A stretch of 64,000 bases of DNA from assembly GCA_965202585.1 (NCBI GenBank), contig OZ241828.1, positions 52,700,001 to 52,764,000 on the forward strand. Direction: 5' to 3'. Source of the stretch: Thalia democratica (lineage: Eukaryota). A program made the translations under genes and the position numbers. The notes beneath the pieces are model-generated. The model ran no database searches, was not told the DNA's origin, and was given only the letters and a program-made list of their open reading frames with translations. Shown here one piece after another: positions 39,341 through 51,558 of the stretch. How positions within the stretch are numbered: the first letter of the stretch is position 1; each line of letters starts with the position of its first letter.

Positions 39341-42300
39341 ATTGCCTTGTGTGATTTTTATTTTAAGGCTGCTTTCCTTTAAATACACTTAAGTTTATCA
39401 ATATTTTAGCTGTTCGAAAAGATTAAAAGTAAAATAATTAAAAAAAGATTACTTTAAAACCTTTTTAAGATCTTTAATGTTAACAAATTACAGTATTGTG
39501 ATTCATTTTGTTTAAAGTTTTTGCTATTTAAACTACTGAAAAATATAGAATTTTTATGAAAAAATAATTTTTAGTACAGAAATAATTGTTAACAGCCAAC
39601 AATACTTATACTAAAAATTATAGAATTAAAATAAAAATAATAAGAAAAATTTCTGACCAGTGTAAACATTGAAAAACACTGATCTTTGCAATTTAAGTTT
39701 TTGACTAGTAAACTAGCTAGGTTTTTGTAGAGCTTTTAGTAAAAAAAAACAAAAACACCTTTCAAATAACGTTGCTTCATATTATATATATAGTTTTGCT
39801 TTTTTCTATGCATCACTTTATAAACTTTAATTTACGAATCTTAAATCTTAATTTATATTACAAACATTTTTATAAGCATAAGACTTTAACCCATAAAAAT
39901 TTTAGCCTATATTAAACTTTTTTTTTCTTTTATATATTTATGTCTAGGGTTAAGTATATACACCTCCATATACTACTTTTTTATAGTATGTTCTCAGTTT
40001 CAGTAGATTTACTCTAGATATTAAGTACAAAGTCTTCCAAGTAATTTTTAGCTTGTTATTATCCACAATACTAAAGATATCTAGTCTTTCATTTTATTTT
40101 CATTTTTATTTGTTATATTTATTTTACTAGTTTTTATTCACAACATATTCCATTTATTTGTTTTTATACTTTTTTCAGATTTAATAACTAAAAATCTCTT
40201 ATAAACAACTATAGGAGTGTAATATTGTATTTTTTTTTACTATTTTGTAAAATAAAACCTATAATCAAACTAAAATATGTTTGTTTACAAGTCTTCTCTG
40301 TATCATAACTATTTCTTTAATTTATCCTATGGTTGTATTTTTTATAATTTAATTTATGTGTTGTGTTTATAAACTCTGCCGACTGAAAGTTATTTATTTC
40401 ATAAACTGATTTTTAAACGTTTGCTAAACATATAGTATTATACTTATAACTAAATGAAGTAAAAAACATAAAAACTGAGCTTTAATGAAAACGTTTTAGT
40501 AAAATTTAGTTTAAAAATGGATGTTAGATATGTGAAATAAATTTTTAAAGTTTAAGCACTAGCTAAAACTGTTAAAGAATATTGAAATAAAAACTAGGTA
40601 AGAAGTATTAGTATAAAAAGTATAGACTCTTAAATAAAAACAGGTGTTCATTTACACGTCAACAATAATTTTATGTTAAATAATCTAAGTTGCTTTATTA
40701 ACTTATTTTGATTAAAAATTTAAATTAAAAGCTTTTAACAACTATATAAATGAGTATTTTTACATAACTTTACTACAATAACTTCAACATTAAAAAAATC
40801 TTAAGTACTTGAGGCTTATTAATCTCATCTTCAACAACTAAGCAAACAAAAATACAAATAACGCTTTTGATTATAAGGAAATAACTCACAAGGAAAAAGT
40901 GTTCTGACTAAACCACAGCTACGTAGTAAAAATTTACTTATAAAATAAATAAATATGTATATGTTTCAAAATAATATAAATCTTTAAATACTAAAATAAG
41001 TTTATATTATAAAGCAATTTATGTTAAAGATTTTACTTATTTTTTCAAACTAAGTTTATTCAAAGTTATTTGTTAAAAAAACTTTTTTTTACAATTTTAT
41101 ATCACAATGATTTCTACAAAGCATCTATCACTTCACAACTTAAAAAAAAAAAAAATTAAACCTTAAACTTCGCAACCTTTGTAAAATTTCCTTTTTTACT
41201 TACACTTTTTAGTGTAAAACTCTAACTAAATGTTTTTATGACAAACAGCAACCTTAAACATTTTTGTAAACAGGAAGTTTATAGTATCGCTGCTCAGTTT
41301 CAAATATTAGTCATCGAGTTTTCAGTTGCTTGTGCTCACAGCAGTGCACACGCATTCAAAATCACAAAAAGTGTTTTACAACCAGAAATTCTTCAAGGTG
41401 TAAAAACAACAGTGTGCACGACAATTCAAAGTACTAAAAATTATTTAAGGGGTTATATCTCAAAAAGTAACTTACATTTGAAAAAGAAGCGGTTGTAATC
41501 TTATTGATTATCTACAAACAATATTTTATTTTTGCTGAATTAATAAAAAAAATAAGATAAGGCTAAAATAAGTTTGATAACAGTAATTTTTAGTAACTTT
41601 TAAAATTCTTTCTTAATGAAAAACTTTTTATATTTGTTTCAACTACTGTAACCGTATCAATTAGATCTACTACCGGTTTTCTATTCTTTTTAAATGAACA
41701 TTATTTTTTTGAGATATAACCAACTAAACATTTGTTAAAGAACTTGAACTATCTTAATTTGAATTGTCATGCGAAAATATCAGGGTCTAAAGAAGCCGTT
41801 CTCCCAAAAAGCTTTGTTGAACCTTTTTCAATTATTAGAAGTAGTTCCGCCTTGGCCCCATAGTTATAAGAAATTACATTGTACGTTGTTGTACAAGCTC
41901 TTATGTGTATTTGCTTAACCCTTTTATTCCAAAATTTTAAAACATATATAGACAAAAAGTTTAAACAAGATAATAATATAGTTTATTTACTCTTTTATTG
42001 TCCAATCTACATGACAAAACGATTGAAAGGTTATATTTACTTTAAGTATAGATATTACGAAAACTAAGGTACAAAGTTATTATTTTTCATAAGTTATTTA
42101 AATATGATTTTATAATTTTATTAATTTTCCAATTTTTTTTCTATTATTCTGAAGATCACGTATCGCATGATAAAAAATCATCAAAATCTAATATATATGT
42201 AAACATATTTTGGATACGTGTAAAAGTAAACGTGAATAGTAGATTGGCTTAACTACTTGTTTATAGACAACTGTAAGATATTTAATTTAAAAAAATATAT

Positions 42301-45300
42301 ACTAGATCTGAAATTGAAGCAATTAGCTTTTTTATTTAAGCAGTTGACAGTTTAAAAACTTAGACTGTTTTCATAAAAATAATTAATACATTTTTACGAA
42401 AGCTTTAAACTAATAAAATAAAAGTTGTTGCTTAGACTGAAAAAGTTACAAAAATAAAGTTTATTCAAACAGTTTACATCTAATTTTTTTCCACCTTTTT
42501 TGTTTTCTCTCCTTGTTTTTTTCAGCTGGTCAACACCAAAAGAAAACTTAAACTATTCTTATTTATTTCTTATTAAACATTTTGCTGTGAAACCTTAAAG
42601 TTGTCATACGTTTTATTGACACAAACAAACAGTATAAGAACGTGATATACATCAAAGTAGCTTTAAAATTTGAGTATTTTATATGTTACACGATAGTCAA
42701 TGATTATAAATCACTCTTAAAGTAACGTGGACATGAATAGATAAAACTGATAAGTTTTCATTTCCATATAAAACACAGTAACTTGAAGGTAGGGTAAATA
42801 GCACATTTCAGCCAAGAAACGCTATGTTCTAAATGTTTTATTTTCTACTACTTTAAAAAAAAAAAAAACAAGCCTAAAAGTAGTAACACACAAGTATTAT
42901 AACTTTAAAATAAATTGTACTGTATTGTGTTTAAATAATTAAAGCTAATGAAAACAGAAAAAAAGTAATAAACTTACAAATTATACATCAAATCCAATAC
43001 TTAAAACAAACATATTACAGTTGATTTATTTAACGAGAAATGCAAATAGGAAAAAAATATATCTAAAGTTTCATAAAAAAGTTATATATACAAAAAAAAA
43101 TTAACAGTGCAATTAACATTTACATACACCATGATTAAAACATAAATTTAAAAAGCGTATAAACATCTTAATTAAAGTTTAAATAAACGAAAACAATGAA
43201 CAGAGTAAATGACATTCAAATACCCCATGGTTAAAAATAGTTGTAAAAATTGTTAGAAAAAGCAATATTTATGAAAATGAAAATGTATCAGGCTTAAAGC
43301 AAGTAGTTAAAGACTAAAATATCTTATGTACACACTGCCAGTTGGGTACGAACTTTTTCGCCGTGTTTAAAGTGCGTACATAAGCAACAGGTTACTGTAT
43401 ATGTAAGAAATTTTTAAAGTCTTTAACTTTCACAATATATTAATAATTTTCATTTAATGATAAAAAAAAGAATACTCTATTCATTCACTTAGAATAATTA
43501 ATCATTGTTAAAAAGGTTTAATTATGAGAAAAATCTTTTTTATTCTATATAATTTGTAATTAAGTTTTTTGAAAGAAAAATAAATCAAAGAACAAAAAAA
43601 TTGAATACTAGTCTAGACAAATAAATGTAAAATACTCCTATAGCTGTTGTAGTAAAATAGTAGTAATAAAATATCATTTTATAAATAGATACAGTTTAAA
43701 AAGGTTAAGTATTTTGTTTAAATAAGTTTAAATGATTTTAGATATTTACAAATAAGAAAATTAGCATAACATAAAAATCAGCCTTGAATTACATAACTAA
43801 ATATCTTAAGACTTAAAAGTTTAAAATGTGTTCTACAACCACGACATAAAAGTATTATTTTGTAGTAAAAGTAGTTTCTCTTTTGGTTTTATTTAAATTA
43901 CTTAAGTATTGTTCATTTATAATTTGAGTGTTAAAAAACAAAAATTAGTCTATAAAGCATTTGAACATATATGTAAATTTTGTATACAAAATACAATCTT
44001 TAAACTAAGCTGTTTCTCTGTTTATCCATTTCATCAGCATTTTTTTTCTGAAGAGAAATTACAAAACTATAAAAAGTTTAGCTGTCACGTAATAATATAA
44101 AGACTTATAAAATTCAACATAATTTTAATTATACTACTTTATCTAATACTTTACTGTGATTTATGACTTCGATTTTTTCATCTTTAAAACTTCTAGCATT
44201 CAGAACTACGTAATTAATAATAAACATTTTTCAAACTCTATTTTTACTGACCATTGTTTAGCTTTACTTGTTTTAGTTCATTTTAAGGTTTTTTAATTAG
44301 TTTATAGACATTTTTTATTAACTTTATAAGTACTGCGGTATAGTTGTAGCATTAGATTGCTTTCATGTTTAAAATTAAATTAATGTTTTATGTACCGATA
44401 AAAAAACAGTTCTGTTGAACCAATGTAAAATTTTATACTATTTTCTGTTTACAGTTGACTTAAAATAATTTTTTTATCAAAATTTTACCCTCGACGTGAA
44501 TAATTGCTTTTTTTAGTCGCACGCTCGTTTGTTTGTGTATTCCCTAATTATTTAATATTTTTGATCGTGTGTTATGAATAGTGTTGGCGAAGACGATTAA
44601 AATATTTTTAGTTTATTCATAACAAAAATGTTTTATATAGATTGTCTTGAATAGAGTTTTATCGACAATCCTTAGAAAGCCTTTACCTGCTCGCGTCGCT
44701 ACAGTTTTGCAGAAAGGAACATTTAAGTTTCTTATCCTTAATTTGTTTTAATATTAAAATACTCTTAGTGATCGTTTCCGATTGCTCTTGTAATGCTGGG
44801 TTGTTTCCATGAATGTATATGAACTGCTATGGACTGGTAAAGACCTTCTAAAGGCGCGTGCTAGCTGCAACTGGGTTGTGTTTTAACACATGCTCTGAGC
44901 CACATGACTTCCTATTTATACAAACCTTGTACGGTTTTCTGTACGGTTTAAAGAATTAATTTTTTATGTTTAAAGCTACATTTAGCAAGTCTGTCAATAA
45001 CAAATTGGTACATAAAAGGTTTTCAAAGATTTCCCTAAGTTGTTTGATTTGCTCTTTAATCTTAGTTCCGGTAAATTGTCTACTAAATTAGTAGAACATT
45101 ATCACGGTACATTTAAGGCTGCCATTATTAAAGATCTTTTTTTTTCTCCAAAAGGAGTAAAATGTAGAAACCAAGTAGTTTAGAAACTTATGCCTCGTGA
45201 AAGAATCTAAATGCACTTTATATACATATTTATATAATCTTGATTTGTAAAACAAGCTTTATACCTTGGACAACTGTTTCTGCGTGTAACACGTATAATT

Positions 45301-45348
45301 TTATTGTTTTAATGAAACATATGTACGGTTTTTTTTTAAATTAAAATA

Positions 45349-45418
45349 CAGTAGACTACCTCTTTAGTACGCAAATTGAACCTGACCAAAAAGTGCGTAC
45401 TTAAGCGGTAGTCTACTG
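45349..45418. mobile_element. 70 bp Tc1/mariner-pogo type MITE
   Basis: TIR CAGTAGACTACCTCTTTAGTACGCA versus the inverse of TGCGTACTTAAGCGGTAGTCTACTG (23/25), flanked by TA on both sides. Confidence 0.85.
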
Positions 45419-45490
45419 TATTTGCAAAAAACTATATACATATGTAATTTGCTGCGAATATTTGAATTTCAAAATAACAGTACATATGCT

Positions 45491-45529
45491 TATGTATATA
45501 TATGTATATATATGTGCGTGTGTGTGTGT
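45491..45529. repeat. (TA)n/(TG)n microsatellite
   Basis: TATGTATATATATGTATATATATGTGCGTGTGTGTGTGT. Confidence 0.8.
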
Positions 45530-45740
45530 CGAAAGTTAAAAGTTATACAAATGCAGAGTTTAAATGAAACATAAAGTTTCAAAACAATTATTTTAATGGT
45601 TTTCAAAAGTATGCCAGATATTAAGTAATTTTATTAAAAGACATGAATTAAAATGTACAATTTTTGAACAAAAGTCTCTATGTTATTATAACATGATGAA
45701 TTTATTCAGTTTTAAGTATATGTGCAGGAATGGCTTAGAT

Positions 45741-47194
45741 CAGGGTTTCCCAAAGTGGATGATTTTAGTAAGGGGCAACAACTACTAAGGGGGCGATTTT
45801 AACATTCTGAGCAGTCATAAAATTATTACTTTCTATCTTGCTATTTTTCTAATTTTAGCTTGCTATTAAATATTTGACCCTGAGGTAAAACTAAAACAAA
45901 AAAGTTTATTTTGTTTACGTATATTATAGAAAAAAAAGTTCTCATGACTCCCATTTCCAGGTAAATTACATATTTTATTCATTATTTTTTTATTAAACAA
46001 TTACATAGGTTATAGACGATCGGAATCCTTCTTACCATTTCATAACCTGACATATATGCTATTTGCAACCATAAGTGTTTTGTAAAAATCGATGTTATTT
46101 ATTATTAACTATCACCTCATGATATTTCCAATTGTTCTTTGAAAAGTCACTTAGTTTGACTAAAAAGTAAAACTATACAGGTTTGCCACTTTACCTGGAT
46201 ACCTGGAAAAACCTAGAATTTGACAATTTAGGCGAAAAAAAAAGATAGAAAAACCTGGAATTTTCAACATATTAAGAAGTAAAATTTCGATTTGACACAA
46301 AAACTCTATCATATAGATAAAAAAAATTTGTTATCTACAAAACTTTTTTTATAAAAAAACACATTTAAAGTAGGTTTACAGTATTTTTTCAATGCTTTTA
46401 TACAATTTAACACATTTTCTTATCTTTAACTGAATTTTAAACTAAAAATAGACCCAAAAATGTCTACTTTTAAAAACCTAGAGAGAATTTGGAAAGCCTG
46501 GAAAAATTTTTGAAAATTTGAGTGGCAACCCAGACTATATTAAAGTCAATTATTGATATATAATAAAAAAGTTGTTGTAATTAATTAAGATATTGTTGTA
46601 AGTTTTGTGCAAAACAAATAAAAATTAGTTTTTTGATACTTATTATTTTGAATTATGCTTTCAACTTGGTTTTCAGTTCACAATAGTACTTCCTAGATAA
46701 CAATTTCACTAAATATTTTTATTACAACTTTGCTCGAGTTTTTTAGTTTTCTTATATGTAAGTTTTTAAAATTATGCAGCCCGAAAGTAAATTTTTTAAC
46801 AAGTCGACACTAGAAAGGATTTTTTTAATAAATATGACTTGCTGATTACAAAAGATGTCCACCACTAACCTAAAGGTTTCATTAGTTTAAAAAAAAATAT
46901 TTAAACAGAATTAATTACAGACTACACAAGGCTTTTTAATAACTAAGTATTTTAACTTTTTTGGGTTTATAAGAAAATAACTGTAACTTATTTTCTCAAG
47001 CCCTGTAAATTACTTAGAACACAGCCCAAAATTGCGTGCATAAGAAGTACCAGACCAAATTACATTTCAAACACAACTTTTTTGTTTCAAAAGTGCGTAC
47101 TCATGAAAAGAATAACTTTATAAAATCACGGAGAGCGATTTTTTTCAAATTTCTGAAAAAGGGGCGATTTAGTAAAGGAGTTTGGGAAACCCTG
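45741..47194. mobile_element. hAT-Charlie-like non-autonomous element (1454 bp including a nested MITE)
   Basis: Perfect 14 bp TIR CAGGGTTTCCCAAA; 8 bp TSD GCTTAGAT/ACTTAGAT (7/8); GGGGCGATTT subterminal motifs. Confidence 0.88.
46178..46533. mobile_element. Family A MITE in reverse orientation, nested in the Charlie-like element
   Basis: CAGGTTTGCCACT ... AGTGGCAACCCAG (11/13); perfect 6 bp TSD ACTATA. Confidence 0.85.
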
Positions 47195-50100
47195 ACTTAG
47201 ATTTTAGGTTGGCAATGTAAGGTTCGCGGGTTTCCTGTTAAAATTTTTATGGTACGAATACCAAAGTTTCGGCTAAATATTTTTAGACTGTTTTCTGACT
47301 TTCAGTACTATTAAGAGGTTTGGTATTGTCTTTGTATGTACTGGTGTTCAATGAGTGACCCTGTTTACGTATAAAATATTTTACTATGCACAGTAATTTG
47401 ATTATGATGGAAACATTTTTTAAAATAACCTTTATTTTGTTACTTTTAAAGCGAATATAATATAAGTAAACAATTCAAAACACGTCATCCACATAATACG
47501 ACGCTCATGAAATTGAAAAAAAGTTTTATTTTAAACTCTAGTTTCCACATAATTCATTTCCAGTAGTCTACTATGCACAGTAATTAAAAAGATCAAAAAA
47601 AACTTATGTAAAGTATAATGTTTTTCCTTTGCTTATTGTCACTAGTTTTTTTTTCGTTTTCAGTGTTGTACTTCTAATTTTGCTGGCAATCTTCTTTGAC
47701 TAACACTTCTCGGAAGTGTTCTGGCGCTCTTTTAAATAACTTTTTTCCTACGATTTTATTATGAATGTTTACTTAATAGACTTTGGTATTTTAGTAGAAA
47801 CATATTGAGAATGATTTGAGTTTACGTTGACAAACGCAGCTTGAAGTTTTAGTAATTGTATGCAAAGACATATGGTACAGTTCTAATTAAAATTGAAAGT
47901 TAATTAGTGTGGCTTATTTTACAGCACAACTTAAAAATAATCAACCGCACCATAATTAAGGTAAAATTCTTTTGCAATTAAAAATGTTGGACAACTTAAA
48001 CCCGTTGGTGAGTCTTAAAGTGAAACACAAATCTTTATTTCAAGACTTCGTAGAGCTTTGCCTACTTATAGAGAGCGATAGTTGATATTTGAATAAAGTA
48101 TGAATAAATCAGCACGAAATACAGAAGTTATTATTAATATGTTTTAATTTTATTTGAGTCGAATAAATAAATGTATATAATATAACATAGTTTTGGATAT
48201 GAATATATTAGTTTAACCATATAAAAAGTTCTTGCTATTTATCACTTTTTAAATAACTTGCAGAACTATTAATTTTTACGTTTTGAATGTATAGTTAAAT
48301 GATTTAAAAATTAATATGTGAAGTATGTTAAGTTATTTAACTTCATAAATAACATTTTAAATTAAATTAAATATGTTTCTAAATGAATATAACTTGATTT
48401 TAGCAATACAATTCTAAATTTGGCAATGGTTACTAATTTTTACTATTAAAACAACTAAACATTTAAAGGTTTATTCTTCTATTAAACTCACAAATCACAA
48501 CTAGTCTAGTCACTGTTTTTAATGTTTCTTTAAATAAAAGACATTTATAAACTAATCAGAATAATTCTTGTTATTAAACATCTACGGTAAAGTAAAATTT
48601 TTAGTTTACAAATAAAACTTAAACTGTATTTCTTTTACATATTAGAAAGTCTTTTCTTTTTTTAATTTAAGTACTGATAAATTTACTTTAGCTTAATCAG
48701 TATAAATTCAGTTATGACAACGTTTTTTTATACTAAAAAGTTAAAGTTTAGTTTTAAAAATATGCGGCAGCTTATATAATAAATAGAAGTTTATCAAAAA
48801 CATTTAACAAACGTTAAATTACTTCTGTTATAACTAACAGTTTTAGCAGTTTACATCTTATAAAAATCAAACTATTCTTTTTCTAAACATATTATAACTT
48901 CAGTAAGAATAACAACTTACTTAAGCATCTATATATATAATAATTGTTTTACATTAATATACTTATAAACAAGACTTTTTTCAATTTAAAGAGAAAAGGG
49001 ATACACTTTAGTTTTTATAATACATAACCTACGACGTTAGAAAGTCTTTAAACTACAATTACAATTTTAAATTATCTGCTCCAAGTTTATTAATTTTAAA
49101 AAGTTACTACCTTTTATCTCAAATATCTTCAAATAACTTTACCAAAAGTTAGTTTACAATTTTAAAGCTCATATCAATCTCTTTGATATTTGAACCACCG
49201 TGAAAAGTTTGAAAAATATAGGTCATTTCTGCTTTATTATACTAATATTTATTTATAAGAGTGATATACCTAATGAACGTATGCGTCAAGGGAAAAAAAA
49301 TAATTAAGATAAAAATAGCACAAAATTTATGGTAAATAACTAATACAGAAGTAGCAAAAAAATATATCTCAAAAATACTAAAAATCTAAAAAAAATTTTT
49401 TTAAGGAACTTTTAGTTGTCAATTGTTTATATTTTACTACATTTCAAAGTTTCATGTATAGGTCCTGTAATAATATTTGTTTTTGTAAAATTATAATTTG
49501 GTAGGTTGTACTAATAAATTCACTATTTATGTATTTTACAAAACTAAAAGAAAACAACAGGTAAGTATTTCTTTAAATCATTTACTGTACTAATTAAAAT
49601 GAAATAACTTAATAACTATTTTAAGTTGAGTTTAGCAATAAAAATTTATTTTAAGTTTAAATTGACCTCGTCGTATCGCTGATTGCTGCTACGAACAGTG
49701 TTTTTTCTTCGTTCAATATAGTATAGTTAAGTAATAAAACAGATACTGTAGATTAGAAGTAAGTACGTAGTTGTAACAGTAAAAACTTTCCCTTGGAAAT
49801 AAATTATAGAAAAAAGTTAGAATAGTTTATTTACTTGCATTGTTATAATTATTATATTTACATCTATAAGAAAAGTGTTTATAAACTGATTATATAATTT
49901 ATTAAGTAGATAAATGCTTCAACGAGTTCTATGCATTATTTTTCGTTAAAACCTTAGTTTAAATTCTAAAAGTATCTTTTAAACTAAAACAAGATATCTT
50001 CTTAACTTTAGTGGCTCAGAATTTTTACTACTTTGATTGAAATGTAATAGATTATGGTTTTTAGTTTTTTTAGAAAGTATATGTATAACGGATAAACATT

Positions 50101-50872
50101 TTATTACACTATGGTTTAAAGTTCGCAAGCATCAATAATTCTATAAAAAAATCAAAAGAACATTAAAAATCTGAAAGATGTAAACAGTTTAAGTTTGAAT
50201 TTAATGTTGGCAAAATAAATGCTTATGTTTAGTGTTAGCTTAAAAAATTAAATAAAACTTTACTTTAACTACTGTTTTTTTTTTAAGAAATAAGGCTTAT
50301 CAAAAAAAATTATTAGTTTAACAATTAAGAAGTTATAACCAACTTATTACTTATAGTACAGTAACCAACGTAGCAGTTTGTATAAAACATGATATTAAAC
50401 ATCAAACAGACGAAACACACAATTAAACTTAATACTGCTTGAATAGTTTTTATATATTACCTTTGAAACAAATACATTCTGTAATAAACAGTCAAAACAA
50501 ATTCAAAAAATATATAGTTTTTACAAAAAAAACAGGTCAATCTAAATTTTATTAGTAGGTAGAAATCACGTTTATAAATCAACAAAATGATAAAGTTTAA
50601 AGTAGGATTTTTTCAGTTTTGATCAAAAGTTCAAAAATGTTGTATGTACTAAAATTTTGTGTTTGAATTTAATTAAGGTAGAATACTTACAGTTGCTTTT
50701 TTTTTAATTTTACAATCGGTAGTCAAAAACATAAATCAATTTAAAGGAGCACGTGTAAACTAAAAACCGATGAAAGCTTTATATGTTCTGCTAAACACCA
50801 AATACAAACCAACTAAAACCTTCACTCAAAGATCAACCAATCGCCGTCCATCAAAACCAAGTCATCGGCCAA

Positions 50873-51100
50873 TCAGGACGACCCGCAGCTCCTCCCGTCC
50901 ACCATGTTCTGCGCCCAGTCCAGCAGCAGCTGCATGCCCTTGTGCAGGAAGTTCATCACGTCCACGCACCCGTTGCAGCACGCGCTGAAGGGGGACACGA
51001 ACACCCACAAGAGGGCGCAAATGAGCGCGACGGGGATTGCGATGAGGATCACGAGAAAGAACCACATGATGGAGAAGATCCACCGGCACCTGTTCGCCAT
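50873..51100 (-). CDS. Small Cys-rich hydrophobic membrane protein, paralog A (75 aa)
   Basis: GC-rich ORF in an AT-rich background; long hydrophobic stretch WIFSIMWFFLVILIAIPVALICALLWVFVSPF; 51/66 core residues identical to paralog B with many synonymous differences. Confidence 0.85.
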   Translation of the reverse strand: MANRCRWIFSIMWFFLVILIAIPVALICALLWVFVSPFSACCNGCVDVMNFLHKGMQLLLDWAQNMVDGRSCGSS

Positions 51101-51154
51101 CGTCGTAGTCGATCTGTTTTTATGTTTCTAGTTAGGGGGGTTTTTGTGCGGCTC

Positions 51155-51203
51155 GTTGTGGCTGTGGTCAAGTTTTTTGTGGTTCTTTCTCGTGGTTCTC
51201 TAA
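51155..51203 (+). pseudogene. Inverted fragment of the paralog A/B 5' coding region
   Basis: The plus strand reads TGG CTG TGG TCA AGT TTT TTG TGG TTC TTT CTC GTG GTT CTC TAA (WLWSSFLWFFLVVL*), compared with B WLWSIFWFFLVIL and A IMWFFLVIL. Confidence 0.8.
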
Positions 51204-51333
51204 AAAGAAAAAATGCAGGTCGAGCGGACTGTTTCAGTAAAAGGCGTGTTTACTTTTACGTCAGGCACAAAATAAAGTAATCGTATCCAAAAGCAGCATC
51301 GATAAAAAATAAGATGACGAAAGTTTATAAAAT

Positions 51334-51558
51334 TCAGCACGGCTGCCTGCCCTTGACCATGTTCTGCGCCCACTCCAGTGGCAGCTGCATGCCCTTGTGA
51401 AAAACTTTTAGCACGTCGACGCAGCCCTTGCAACAAGCGCTGAATGGGGCGATGATGACCCACAAAAGTGCGCAGATTAACGCAACCGGTATCGCGATGA
51501 GTATGACCAGAAAGAACCAGAAAATTGACCACAGCCACGCGCATTTACTTGCTGCCAT
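51334..51558 (-). CDS. Small Cys-rich hydrophobic membrane protein, paralog B (74 aa)
   Basis: Tandem paralog of the 50873-51100 ORF; acceptor-like TTCAG 2 nt upstream of the ATG. Confidence 0.85.
   Translation of the reverse strand: MAASKCAWLWSIFWFFLVILIAIPVALICALLWVIIAPFSACCKGCVDVLKVFHKGMQLPLEWAQNMVKGRQPC

Noticed and set aside
41238-42067. ORFs of 86, 62 and 62 aa
   Set aside because: No motifs or compatible splice partners; the GT31 gene is already complete with its ATG at 39340.
44460-44960. CpG-containing, GC-richer segment (possible promoter, ncRNA or retroelement fragment)
   Set aside because: No recognisable RNA structure, box elements or protein similarity by eye.
50770-51544. 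Overlapping ORFs of 72-114 aa around the twin genes
   Set aside because: Shadow frames; synonymous-site divergence supports only the 50873-51100 and 51334-51558 frames.
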